Source: Eledone cirrhosa (Eukaryota). Taken from it: DNA of 64,000 nucleotides. The translations under genes and the position numbers were made by a program. The notes under the pieces are model-generated. The model did not search any database. It was given only the letters and a program-made list of their open reading frames with translations, and was not told the origin of the DNA. Within the stretch, counting starts at the first letter, position 1. Each line of letters starts with the position of its first letter. Of the stretch, positions 27,440 to 40,800 are shown in pieces. The DNA is taken from the NCBI GenBank assembly GCA_964016885.1, contig OZ024745.1, forward strand, positions 91,326,001-91,390,000, in the 5' to 3' direction.

Positions 27440-28566
27440 CACTAGGATAAGAACAGGCTGGAAGAAGTTTAGAGAGTTGTTACTGCTGCCGACAACAAAG
27501 GTCTTTTTTCTTAGAGTGAAATGTAGACTTTATGATGCATGTGTGCGAACTGCAATGTTACATGGCAGTGAAACATGGACCTTGACTGCGGAAGACCTGC
27601 AGAGGCTAAAAAGAAATTAATCGAGTATGCTCCGATAGATGTGTAATGTTAGTGTGCACAAGCAGCATAGCATAAACAAACTGATGGAAAAACTTGCATA
27701 AGAGGAATTGAATGCATAGTGAAACAGAAAAAACTGCGTTGGTATGGACATGTGATATGTATGGAAGATAGCAGTTGCATATAAAATTCAGAGAAACCCC
27801 AGTGGCTGGGACCGATGGAAGAGGCAAACCCAGGAAGACATAGGCTGTGATTGTCAGGAACGACCTTAAAAAACTGAAACCTCACAACAGAAATGACAAT
27901 GAACCACGAGGTATGGCACTATGCTGAGATGGTGAATACTTTAGACAACAGCATACAATATGGCCTGGCTATCCCCATGTCCCCCCTCCCCTAGCACTTT
28001 TTAATGGCTGTTCTCACCATCTACATATCCATTCCTTAGCTGCTGCCCTTTCAAAAGCCCTTGGATACTCTCATTATTGCACACTAGTTGAAACAATAAC
28101 TGACAACCTTCCAACTGTTGGTTCAATGAAAATGCACCCAGTGCACACTGTAAGGTAGTTGGTGATAGGAAAGGAACCATGTAGAAACCATGCAGAAAGA
28201 GTTGAGAGGACTTTTCAGTTGCATCAACGGTGCGAAAACCTCTCTAGTGCTGGTGATCTATATGATAAATACACTCAGTACAGGTCATAAAGTGATTAGT
28301 GATATGAAGGGCATCCAGCCATAGAAAGCTTGCCAAACAAAGTGTTGAGAGGCCTCTTCACCTGTGTCAAGACATGATAGCTTCCCTAGTGCTTGTGCTA
28401 CAATAAAATGCACTCACCATAGCATGGGACCATATGTAAACAAGAATGCAGGATCCTGGCCTGTCTGAGAGGTCAGATTCACTTCAGTACTGACTCAGTC
28501 TGTGAAGACTCATCCAGCCCTTGCCAGCAGGAAAAGTGGATGTTAAATGATGATGATCACGATGAT
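27440..28566 (+). mobile_element. Older RTE-clade LINE 3' fragment
   Basis: Degenerate RTGWKKFREL, LHGSETWTL, LRWYGHV, GRGKPRKT; (GAT)n tail. Confidence 0.85.
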
Positions 28567-28695
28567 ATATATATTGAAACAGGTCATAGGTAACGGATAT
28601 TAATATATTTTCAGTTCTTTAATATAAAATTATAAATACACATTATATTCCTGGCACACATGAAACAAATTAAAACCATTATTTATATAAAACAA

Positions 28696-28890
28696 GGGCG
28701 GTGGATTGGCAGTATCGGTAGAGGGTCGGACGCCATGCTTTGCAGCAAAGAGTTACGGCCCTTTATGGTCTGAGTTCAAATCCCGCCGAGGTTAACTTTG
28801 CCTTTCATCCTTACGGGGGTCGATAAAATAAAGTACCAGTAATGCACTGGGTAATTGATGGCCTTGTGCCAAAAGTAGAAACAATTATTT
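28696..28890 (+). mobile_element. Full-length SINE (second family) with TSD
   Basis: gggcggtggattggc head; tttatataaaaca on both flanks. Confidence 0.9.
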
Positions 28891-29574
28891 ATATAAAACA
28901 TATTCCTATATATATTTACTATTGAGAGATGGAAATGAATTTTAGAAACTAGGAGAATACTAAGATCTGTGAAGCAATTTAGCCCCCTTTCCTCAGCTGA
29001 AAAGTAGTAGAAAACTGTTCCCTCTGTACACTCCACCCCTTCTATCATTAGTTTTATCTGAAAAATCTATTGCAATTCTTTATAAGAACATGCATAATTC
29101 CTAAACATAATTGTGTAAATAGTATCCAAGATCTCACTAAGCAATATATACTGTATTCTTTCTGTTATATATATGTTTTTTTCCAAATAAAATGGCAGTG
29201 AACCATAATATTATTCTGAATCATTATGAAGATATGTGTAATAAAGTCATGCAGGTAGCATATATAAATTCAAATAAATATGTTGGTGGACAATAGAATT
29301 ACAGTACAGAGAAAAACATAGTTGTTTACATGATTTTGAAACTGGGTTAAATCTTTACTTTGTGTTTTAATATATTTATGCCTCCAAGTATATTTCTACA
29401 AAAGCTTATGACAAACACACAATATAAAATCTCCTATCTTAAAATCAGAAAACAATGAATTTGATATCCAAAAATAATAATATATCAGTATCACTAAATA
29501 CAGAAATACAAAACAAGATATCATATGTATATTAGCAAAACATTTGTATGCATTTTTTTTTGTATTTTTAGAAA

Positions 29575-30180
29575 GTGTTTCTCTCTCTCTCTCTCTCTGC
29601 CCCCTTTTTCTCTTACACACTCTCTCTCACTCTCTGTCCCCTCACACACTCTCTCTCACTCTCTGTCTATCTCTTTCTCTCTCTCTCTCTTTCTCTCTTT
29701 CCCCTACTCTCTCTCACTTCTGTCTGGCCTCTCTTACTCACTCTCTTTCTCTCTCCCTCACTCACTTTCTCTCCCACACTCTTTTTCTCTCCCACACTCT
29801 CTTTCTCTCCTTTTCTCACTCTCTCTCCTTTTCTCACTCTCTCTCCTTTTCTCACTCTCTCTCACTTTCACTCTTTCTCTCTCTTTTGCTTCCCCTCTCT
29901 TTCTTCCACCTCCCCCTATATCTCTCCCCCCCTCTCTTCCCCCTTTTTCTCTCACACACTCTCTTTCACTCTCTGCCCCCCTCTCTCTCTCTCTCACTCA
30001 CTCTTTTACTCTTTCCCCCACACTCTCTCACTTCTGTCTGGCCTCACTCTCTTTCTCTCCCTCGCTCACTTTCTCTCCTTTTCTCACTCCTCCCTCTCTC
30101 TTTTGCTTCCCCTCCCCCTCTCCCTTCCGCCCGCCTCCCCCTCTCTCTTTTTTGCAAACCCCCCCCCCCCCCACTCTCTC
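29575..30180. repeat. CT-rich low-complexity tract
   Basis: Degenerate (CT)n. Confidence 0.9.
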
Positions 30181-30540
30181 GTGTCAGATGGAAGAGAAAG
30201 TAATAATATTCTGCTTGTGTATCAGTGGAATCAGAGATTTCATTTTGTCTCATTATTACTATTTGAGATATGTCTGTTTGATATCAAGAAAAATAAAAAC
30301 AACAATAAGAAAAGAATATGAGAAATATGTGTAAATGTAAAAGTATATATTCACCATTGTATAGTGCCTGGCAGCTTGTAAGTGGAATATCCTAACCACT
30401 GAGCCATGCGTAGTGAGTAGAAAACCACAATACACAAAGGAATCAGATATTAACACAAACATATATCTATACACATGATAAAGTAGAAAATCAAACTTTC
30501 CAGTTGTTGTCTTCCTGTTTCTTCTACAACAACTACAACG

Positions 30541-33300
30541 GTACGCGATGGGGCCAACCCACAGCCCCGGCGGACAGAATGGAGAAGGTGTTTCCCCGGA
30601 GGACAGCAAGGGAGATGCACTGGAAAAGCCACTCCAACTCGTGGGGCTCACACCTGCGGATAGCCAGCTCAGCGTCTATGGTGGTGAGTAAGGTGGTAGC
30701 CCTGGGGCCGAGGACACCAGAATTCTCCACTGCCAGGGGACGACCGCAAACCTGTCGGAGAGCGACCAGTATTTGAGGAGTTTGGCTCCCTCAGCCCGAC
30801 GTGCAGCAGAACCCGGGTCAGTCGCAGACTGCAACAGGCTGCGGCTGCAGAAAGTGTCGGTGCAAGTGGCATCCCAGACGAGGGGTTTGCCACTGCAGAA
30901 TGGGAAGATGGTCATGCCATCTGGCCTTTTGCTGTCCCCTCGATCCAGCCCCACCGGCTCAAGCTGGGAAAGGAAGCTTGCAGTGTCCAAGCCATTCTTA
31001 ATGACCTTGTTGAGGGGGCGTGGAATGCGGCCGGCACTGTGGCGACAGGAAAACGGACGAACGTCCATGGTGGAACTGCAGCAACATTGGTGTGGCTGGC
31101 AGATCCGGAGGCCGAGCCTCAGGGAAACGCCGATGCGCAGTCTATGGTTGTCTAGCTGCGTGCCAGTGGAGAAGGAGGGCAGGGCATGGAGCCAGGCACC
31201 ACTGGGGGGTTTGGAGGCTGCACAAAAACAAGCAAGGCGGTGCTGGTCGAGCTGGCGTGTGAGCCTGTCGGAGGCCAGGCTGCACTGGATGGCATCCCAA
31301 GTGCGTTGGGGTGACTTGGTGTCGAGAAGGAGGAGGGACGTCTACTGGGCTGAGTCCCAGCCGGTCTCACGTCTCACAGGCGGCCTCATGTTCTCTGAAC
31401 ACAGGGTTCTGTTGTGTTTTGAAGAACCCTGCTGACGAAGACGAGGGACGAGGTTACCGACGAAAGATACGCCAACAAAGATAGTGAGATCGGGGACCGG
31501 AGGCCAAGGCCGCCATACCTGACAGGTAAAGTGGCTTGTTGCCACCCTATGTCGTCAAACTTGACATTGCATATCTCCTCAGCTGCTGCTCAGATACAAG
31601 TATCGAGATCAGCGAGGAGAGATGTCTGGGTGTAGCACGGAGCGCTGTGGAGTGTATAGAGGAGCTTCGGCATGGCGAAGCAGTTCCTAAGCAGAAAGAG
31701 AGCTGGGTGGCCATCAATCAAGCCCAGTCAGCTCATGAGAGTCTGGAGCTGTTGAAGCCTGGACCTGATGGTGGAGCGGATGGCCGGCATTTGGATCGGT
31801 GACCCGAGGATGAGGACATCCTCTTTGGGGATCACCTGAACCTGGCGGAGAATGGACCGCACGTCCAAGAAGGAGGCTGCAAAGTTCGCAGCATCGAGGC
31901 TGACATTCACCACCTCCGACTTGGCCGAGTTGACCTGGAGGCCGATTCCCGCCAGGGCAGGAACCACCGATTAAAGGTCATGGCAGACCGTCCGCATGGG
32001 CCTGCCCAACGTAGCATCATCCAGATACCAAACGTTGAGAGGGGCCATGATACTCCGGGCGATGTGGTCAATACCAAGGGTGAACAGGAGGGGTCCGAAA
32101 GGGTCATCCTGTTGGACTCCAGTAGCTGAGGGTATGACTGTATCAGCAGCAAGGAGCATGCTCGGGGCTCCATATGACAGGTAGGCCAGCGGGTAAGCAG
32201 AGGGGGCTCGGCTGAGGCAGGCCTCGAGCAGATGATCTCGGCGTAAAGAGTTGAAGGCATTCCTCATGTCCAGCTTGATCATGAGGTGCCTGGAGTCCCT
32301 GGATGCCGGTTCCGATGGGCAGCTGTTGAAGAACTGCCCGGTTGCATGAGCGGACCCCTCACAGCCACCGGACACGCCGACACCCAGTTGCACCGGACTA
32401 AACTCCTCACCCAGTTCATGTGTTACGGACTTGCAAATCACCTTGGCAGCCAGCCTCCGGAAGACATTGCCCACAGCAATGGGGCATATGCGACCCTCTT
32501 TCTTCCTGAGAGCAGTGAGGCTGGCTGAAAAAAAGAGGCCTCTGGTGTAAAGCTCCAGGGCGCCATGGGTGAACCTTACTGGTGAGTGCCGCAATTGCAC
32601 TCAGAAGGCGGCGCCTGGCCTCAGCGGAGAGGGGGTGATATCAACTCCTCGAGGTGGCCTGGTCGGAGACCATCAACATCTCCGGTGGGTTGGAGGACAG
32701 TGTCCTCTGAGGCAACAACTCTGACTGTGGCCGAGACATCACCCATGATAAGCTTGGCGTTTACCTGGTCATGCAAACGCTTGGCGCTGGCCTCGGGAGT
32801 GGAGGATAGGGTGTACCTGAAGGTGGGGTGGGTAGCGTCCCTGGGCATACTTGGAATGGGCACTCGCCCAAAGGACAAGACATTGGCCTTGACGAAGGCT
32901 GCTGTTGACCGGCAGCCCCGGTCAGCGCCAGAGCTGGGGAAGCCGAGGGCGAGTGGGGCGAAATAGAACAGCCGCTCCCAGCCACTGGCTCGTTTGGAGT
33001 CCAGGGCGCTCTCAATTGAGGAAGGGATGGCATTGGCTACTGGCACCCATGCCACTCTCGGGATCTTCCGGAGCCGCCTGAGCTGAGTGATATTGACCAG
33101 CGAGGCTTGGACACCAGGCAAGCTCGCTGTCCCAGCTGGTGGTGTGCCAGACGGCTGTGGCTGGGAAGACGTGGGGAAGAGGCAGCTCCTGCACCTCCAT
33201 GCTGCGAGGGCATTGGAAGCTCGACGAGTCAAGCCAATGCAGGTGAGGTGGTGGAAGCAGTTCCGGCCCCTCTTCCATTTGTTAGTGGTGCTTGGAAGGA
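30541..33300 (-). mobile_element. Decayed near-full-length CRE-like non-LTR retrotransposon (reverse transcriptase + restriction-like endonuclease)
   Basis: Frameshifted ORFs with RT motifs PIAVGNVFRRLAAK, QLGVG, KLDMRNAFNS, GVQQDDPFGPLLF, WYLDD; RLE motifs EPVGLDRGDSKRPDG and LVWDATCTD; C-terminus SLAVLRGN; GC-rich against the flanks. Confidence 0.9.
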
Positions 33301-33989
33301 TGGGGGATGGGGCGTGGGGCTAAGGACTGGGGCACCGAGTGGCATCGGGGGTGGGTGGCTGGTGTGTGTGGGTGGAAGGGAACGTGCTGGTAAGAGGGCC
33401 TCATAACTCACCTATATATATAGAGGTGTCAGAAAACAAGAGAGAAAAGAAGGGGCTTCGTGGAGGGGACATACAGGAAGGTAGAATGTTAGTAAATGAG
33501 TGAATGGATGAATGTACAAAAAAAAAGGGGGGAGGGGGAGAAAACAGGGGGTTGTTCCCAGCGGAAAGACCCAGAGTTCAGCATGCACACATACGAGCAA
33601 CTTAGCAGTTTGTCATAGGACCTAGTGGCTGGTGGTGAGTCACTGATGCTGGGGTTGGCTTCCTCTTGTTAATGGTAGAGTTGTTGTTGTTAATGTCAAG
33701 GTTGTCGTCGTTGTCTTCCTCTTGTTAATGGTGAAGATTGCTGGTGAGCTGTTGATGTATACACATGTGTTGTTGATGTTAATGTCACAGTTGTTGTCAT
33801 TGCCTTCCTCTTGTAAATGGTGGGTGAGATGAAACTGCTACCAGGTCGAGCTGCCATGCAGTATGCTGAGGCTCGAGTGCCTTCTTTTACCGAAGATGCG
33901 GGGTTGATGTTATTATCCTGTTGCTGTCGCTTTCTTGACCGGAGATGCGGGTCAGTGGCTTTCAACATCATTTGGCAGCACAACGGCAA

Positions 33990-34620
33990 ATAAATATATT
34001 CTCAAATTTTTTTGGGGGTGTCTTTTCTTTCTCTCTGTCTAATCCGATTCAAATTATTTGGCAGTGAATTGGTGGTCGGTTTGTTTTGTTTTGTTTTATG
34101 TTTCCATTTGTTTTTATTTATTTCTCTTGCTCTTCTCGTATGTTTCAGTGCGTTAAATTTGTGAGGTTCCTGGCAGTTATTATTTGAGGTTATATTTCCA
34201 TTCTAGGATGTATTCCATCATAACAGCACATTCTGCTTCCCAGCATCATGGATTAAACTGTGAGTTAATGCCGTGAATGTTTGACTATTGGGTAATTAGA
34301 TAATCCAAGTGTAAAATCATCAATATAGGTATGGATAGAGTCTAGTGGATTTGAGAATGTGTTAGAAGTGATGAAGTAGCGTGGTAAATGTTTAAGATAA
34401 AAATTCATTAACTCAAGAGGGTTGGTATCTGATGCAGGCAAATTTCCTTCATCGATGTCAGGATCAACATCTTTATGGGCTTCGCGTGTTGAGTTACGTA
34501 TGGCGAACTATAATGTTTAATAATTTGCGACTAGTATAACAGCTCTGTACGGCTCTCATTCAATGGGATGAAAAAGCCTGTAAATGGGTATGCTTGCTCC
34601 AAGGAATGGCATAATATTAA
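33990..34620 (-). pseudogene. Decayed retroelement ORF with an SGNH-esterase-like DGIHP motif
   Basis: Minus frame ...MLGSRMCCYDGIHP... with stops, followed by a basic KHTRRAR...ENIF segment. Confidence 0.35.
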
Positions 34621-34757
34621 CATACCACATACATATATATACATACATGTATGCCCACATACATATGTGTGTTGGTATGTCAAATACACACATATATGTG
34701 TGTATAGCCATGTGGGGAGCAAAACGTGTTGGTTTGTTTTTAATTTTTATTTCTTCA

Positions 34758-35170
34758 TAGTATATTTATAAAAGTATATATGCCATTGCATATATAGTAT
34801 TTTTATAAAAGTATATTTACCATTGTATATATAGTATATTTAGAAAAGTATATATGTCATTGCATTTATAGTATATTTAGAAAAGTTATTCACCATTGCA
34901 TATATAGTTTATTTTAAAAATTATATATGTCATTGTATATATAGTATATTTATAAAAGTACATATGCCATTGCATATATAGTATTTTTATAAAAGTATAT
35001 TCACCATTGTATCATCATCATCATCATCACCGTTTTACGTCCGTTCTTCCACGCTAGCATGGGTTAGACGGAGGTATATATAGTATATTTAGAAAATTAT
35101 ATATGTTATTGTATATAGAGCATATTTATAAAAGTACATATGCCATTGCATATGTAGTATATTTATAAAA
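34758..35170. repeat. AT-rich minisatellite (~36-37 bp unit) interrupted by an RTE tail fragment
   Basis: Repeated aaaagtatatatgccattgcatatatagtatattta(t/g). Confidence 0.85.
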
Positions 35171-35959
35171 TGTGTATGCATCTATATTTATGTAAAATCT
35201 TAACCAATGTTATTCAGAGGTTCCAGTGACATAGACAATTGTATTGTGGTGATAAATATTCAGCAAGGGAGATATGTATTTTCAACTATTCTAGGAGAGA
35301 AGCGAATGCAAACATAGTGTTATTTAAATGGTAGTATATTTTCCTAATAAGCATGTGATATAAGACTCAGATCCTATCATTTGGCTCATTGTACATTTTC
35401 AATCTTGAATTTCAATAACAAATGTATAATATTAAAGAGAAGCAAACAAAGGAGAGAACAATTTAAGACAATGCAATTGTGAGGGTTCTTGTCTATATGC
35501 CAACTTGGTGAAAGCAACAGACATGTTTCAATCTTAATTTCTTTCCTCTTTCCATTATACATTCAGCTGTTCTAGTCTAACAAGGTGAATATCCTACACT
35601 GAAGAAATCTGATGAAATCAAACATGCCCATTATGTTCATCAAGTTAGCTTATAAACAACGTCTTCTCTTAGTTCATTATCATTGTTTGAAAAGACTTGG
35701 ATCAGCTCAGGCTGTGAGAGTTGTCACACTTACTTTTCCTTATCTGAACACCACTCTCTTGCAATTGTGAGGATAGTTTCAATTGTGAAGATAGTTCCCA
35801 CTTCATGTACAGCACACCCTTCAGGCAGTTTTGCTTTTATATACCATCATCATGATCCTCATAATTTAATGAATATTTTCCCTCATAGCAAGTGTTGGAC
35901 AGTTCTTCACAGTCAGTAGTCAAGCAACACTACTGACATCTCAGATGAGCCAGGGGTCT

Positions 35960-36590
35960 GCATCTTGCTTACATATATTCCTGCATTCTACCTAGTGCTT
36001 ATGGAGATGACTCAGGATCAAGATTTCTGGTGTTATGCTGTACTGCGGAAGACATACCTTCCCATGTACACAGGAAGAGGAGGTAGAGGACACTAATCTA
36101 CACCAATCTTTCCCATCCTCTCTCAACCCTCATCTTCCACAACCCCTTATACCCCTCTCCTGCTCAACCCATGCATATAAGCATGGAAAGCTTGAAATGC
36201 TCCACACCTGCTCTCTCACAGTGCTGCTGCCATGACAAAAGCATCCTGTAAAGTTGTCATGTTGGTGACACGACAAAAAGGCATCCAGTTCACCCTGTAA
36301 AGTGGTCATACTGGTGACACAACAAAAAGCCCCAGTGCACTCTGTACTACACCGAAAAAGCACCCAGCCTACCCTGTGAGATACTTGTTTTGGTGCCATG
36401 ATAAAAAGCAGCCAGTCCACCCTGTAGCAGAATTGGTGCTTGGAAGGGTATCCAGTCATAGAAACTTAGCCAAAAACAGATCTATATGAGCATAATATGA
36501 CCACCTGACTGACTTGTCTCATAATGTGACAAACTGTTTAACCTATGCAAGCATGGAAAGTAGACATTAAACAAGAATAGTGATAGTGAT
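35960..36590 (+). mobile_element. Decayed RTE 3' UTR fragment
   Basis: Repeated aaaagcacccag units, gaagggtatccag box and tail acctatgcaagcatggaaagtagac shared with other RTE ends. Confidence 0.6.
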
Positions 36591-37471
36591 CAATTCACAG
36601 GAAACCTGTAAACAATAGTGTTATTGTTTACAGAATGTGATATAAACTTAATAAATACATAGACTGGGCTAAAACTTTTAAAGATATATTGTACAGTTGA
36701 TATGGATGTCTATGTTTTTAACATTAACCTTTTGTGAACTGCTTAGATATACAAAAAACTCCACATAATCTAAACTTCTATTTCTTACAAGTAGTAATAG
36801 TTAGTGGCATGCGTGGAATACCAATTACAGAGATTTAGATTTTATTGCACTTTATATTTAACTCCAACCATTGCTTGCAAAGTCTTCTCTTGATTTTCTG
36901 TCAGATTTAAAATCAATACCATCTTAATGTTGATTAATCTACTGAATGCTAAAAGTTCTACCATGCAGATTCCTCTTTGTATTATATGCTCAATAATGAT
37001 GAAGAAGGAAGAGAGAATATATTACTGACTCATTTCATATTTCCAATGTTGATTTTCAAGAATTCTTATTAGAGTCTGCTGAGTTCACATTGGAAAAGTT
37101 TAAAATATGGCTCTGGTTTGAAATTTATAACTAATTACATTTGTTATAAATCCAGTTTTGGTCTAGTGTGACAAACCTTGATTCTAAAAAATTGAGGTAG
37201 TAGGGTAGGTCTGAAGAGGTATTTATCTCCCAGATTAGGAGACTAGTATTTGTACAAAGAATTCTTCAGCGCTTTTCTTGTATTGATGTTATTTTTCACC
37301 AAAATTTTAGTATTGTACTTATTCTTATTGTTAGAATTAGTTATCCCTTATTGTGGTTTAGCCCCAAGCTGTCCCTAATCTAGTTAACCTAGATTGGTGA
37401 TTAATGGTATTTCAGCCTTGAACATCCCACCTTATATTCAGAGATACCGTATCTACAACTACATTGTTTAA

Positions 37472-37682
37472 CCCTTTAGCATTCAAGCTGGCTGTATCCA
37501 GCCAGAGTCCTTTCCCGTTTTTGAAACCAGCCATAACCAGCAACTCATACCAACGTTAAGATATCTTGAAATAAACAATAACATCATCAAAATCTCATAG
37601 ACTCGAGGTTATATGCGATAATTACATGAGTTAATGCCTTTACCATGAATGTACAATAATAATTATAGAGTAATGTAAAGGG
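37472..37682. mobile_element. piggyBac-derived MITE
   Basis: TTAA-CCCTTTAGCATTC ... AAAGGG-TTAA; related end at 57300-57434. Confidence 0.75.
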
Positions 37683-37744
37683 TTAAGGTAGTAGTGTCTT
37701 TTAGAAGAAATTTGCTTGCTATTCTTTCAATTAAAATGTAAATT

Positions 37745-37859
37745 AAAAGTTTCAAAAATATGTAGAAGGGGATTTTTAGTTGATTAAATGAGCCCCAAAT
37801 ATATATTGGGGCTCATTTAATCAACTAAAAATCCCCATCTACATATTTTTGGAACTTTT
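37745..37859. repeat. Hairpin with 54 bp arms and a 7 nt loop
   Basis: Two differences between the arms. Confidence 0.9.
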
Positions 37860-40800
37860 GTTAGTGTAAGATATTTGTAGTGCTACCATTGTTAGTGTTG
37901 TAGTTTCATATTCATTTCAAAATGATTTTAAAAATAACAAAATTCCTTCTCAGTATCTTTGGTATTATTACAGAAAAAAGAATGGCAGATTTCTATATCT
38001 TCTATTAGAAATAGCCTCTCATCATTATCATCATCATAATGCTATGTAGTACATAATATTGATAGTATTTCTCTATTTTCACTTATCAGGACTGAGTGGC
38101 ATATTTTGTCTCACTCCAAGTTCTATTGCAGCAAACTTATTTTTGGCTCAGTGCACATCTTTTGATTAGCAATGTCGAATGGAGATCTACTATTGGATGT
38201 TATTCTCTTACAGCCTGATTATGTAACAGAACCATCAGATGCAATTACATAATCAGACTTTAACTGTCATCCACACCTGCAAGGTGCTTTATCTGAGATA
38301 ATAAATTGTCTTGGTCATAATAGAGAAGTTACAGGAGATTAGCTTCCTGTAGCATATCTTCATCAATATTTATCTCTCACTGTCAATATATAACCTTCAC
38401 ATTGTGGAAGATCATTATCAGAATAGGAGTTATGAAACACCAATCCCTAATGTCATGGTCTTTGCAACTAGAAAATTATAATAAATATAATGGTGTTCTT
38501 AAGAAAAAAATTGGCAATAAGAAACTCAACTGTTTCAACATGAAGATTACTTGCAGCTTCTAAGGATAATTTGAAGTTTTGTCGATATAATAATAATTAT
38601 TTTTTCGTTTGTCTTCATTTGTCTTTCCTATCCAACACAACCCTATCTTCTTTCTGTGTTTTCCTTTCCGACAAAACACTAGCACCTGAAATGTCATGAC
38701 TATTTTATTATTTCTTCTAAGTTTTAAATTAATATAATATTATTGTAATGTTTTGTTTATTGGTCCTGTTATTCTAAACCTTTTTACATATATGAGTAAT
38801 TCTTTCAAACATTGGCTCAAGGTCAGCAATTTGAAGGAAAGGGAAAGTTGATTATATTGACCCAGAACATAACTGGCATCTTATTTTATTAACCACAGAA
38901 GTACAAAAGGTAAAGTTGACCTTAGTGAGATTTGGATTCAGGATGTAGAAAATCATAACAAAATACCACAAAACAGATACTACGAATCCACCATCCTATT
39001 TTAATACTAGGGTACAAGGCCAGATATTTGGGGAGGTGTTAATTGATTATATCGACCTCAGTACTTGGTTGGTCGTTTATTGTACCATATCTAATGAACG
39101 AGGGAGATAACAAAGATGATAAAGTGACTATATGTGTGTGTTTGTGGGGGGGGGGGGGGATAACACGTAGGGAGGGAGAGAGAAAGAAAGAGGAAAGAAA
39201 ACGTTTATTTATAGACAGTGCAAATAGTAAAATAGCTATCAAAAGATATACATAGTCATAATCACAGACGTACCTTTAAGCACATACAACTTTTTGTATA
39301 CATTTCTGCATCGGGCCTTATTAAAATGTATACACAATGTAATATATTTGTAACTCTACACATATCAGTTTTTCAATTCTTAAACAATTAATTTAAGCAG
39401 AAAAGATGCCAAATGGGAGATATTATTATACACCACAAACAAAATTAAATTAAATAAATATAAATGAAATAAAGACATAGAAAAAAAGGACAAAGTAAAG
39501 AAATATAAATAAAATGCCAGAGTTACACTAAAGAATATTGGCAGTCAGTCAAAAGAATTGTTCTAATTTTTGGACGAAATGTTTTCTTCTATTTTGTTTC
39601 TGATTTTTAAAATAATTTATTCTAATAAGACTCATGGTAATTCCACATTTTATAAATTTTCTTATTTCTATTTTGATACATAAATTTATTGAACTTTGTA
39701 ACATTGTTTCATTATGTTAATAATTTCAATTTTCTTCAGTTTCATTCCATAGAAATTTATTAATTTAATCAATTTTAATGTGTGTATGGGAGATATCTAG
39801 TATCTCTTACAGTTAAGAAGCATAAACAAGATAGACAGAGATAAAAAAAAAAGGGGAAGGCCAATGGAGGCAAAAGAAGCTTAAAAAGATAAAGAAAACA
39901 AGGGAAAACAAGGGAAGCTGTAACACAGCTAATAGTTTCTGTTGTTGAATCTTTTTGTGGCCTCTATATACTCACAGATATTGTTTATAGTTGGTAGATC
40001 TTTTACAATATATTGTATCTCTAATCTTGGTAGTTTTTTATGTTCAGTTTCAAGATATCCTCTCTCTCAGACTGATAGTCTCTACATTAGAACAAATAGT
40101 AACTAAGAGTTTCTGGGAAGTTTGAAAACACTGCACTTGAATACATGAACATAGTGAGTGACATGCAAAAAAATATTATAGATTCTCAGCTGACAAAAAT
40201 TATCAAAATTGTATTACTGAAGCTATTACAATGATAAATATTTTCTAAGGAAAATGGAAAAGCCTTTAAAATTTTATATTTATTAGAAAAAAGAAGTTTG
40301 AGTTTTTTGTTGTTCTATGGTTGATACAAATGAAAGAAAAGAGATAATTGGATAATTGAATTCCTAAACGGTGATAAAATATCCTCAGGTGAATATATTG
40401 AACATATTAAGTTTGAATATAGATTACATTAACTATTACAGTAAAGCATTAAAATGTGTGGTATGCTAGTTGAATGGGTGTTTGAATAGAATCAGAAATG
40501 CTTTGAATACAATATGCCTAGAAAAGAAATGAATAGACATTGGCATTATGAAGGGCATCCAGCTATAAGAAACCAAACCTGAAACAGATCATATGAGCAA
40601 GACATGGTTACCTGACATGTCAACCTCATAATGTAATATTATATCTAACCCATGCAAGCATGGAAAATAACAGTGATGATGATTGGTAGAAAGAAAATTC
40701 AAAACAGAAAGCATCCTAAATGAATCAGTTGCTATGAATGTCTCTCCAAGATAAATTTTAACTCATTAAAATATCACATATCTTTGGATATGTTTAAAAA

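Noticed and set aside
29525-30334. S/L-rich ORFs of 200-270 aa
   Set aside because: CT low-complexity tract
30773-31435. 220 aa plus-strand ORF and neighbouring plus ORFs
   Set aside because: Antisense shadows of the GC-rich CRE-like element
34758-35170. ~36 bp repeats, superficially CRISPR-sized
   Set aside because: Head-to-tail with no unique spacers, eukaryotic context, no cas genes
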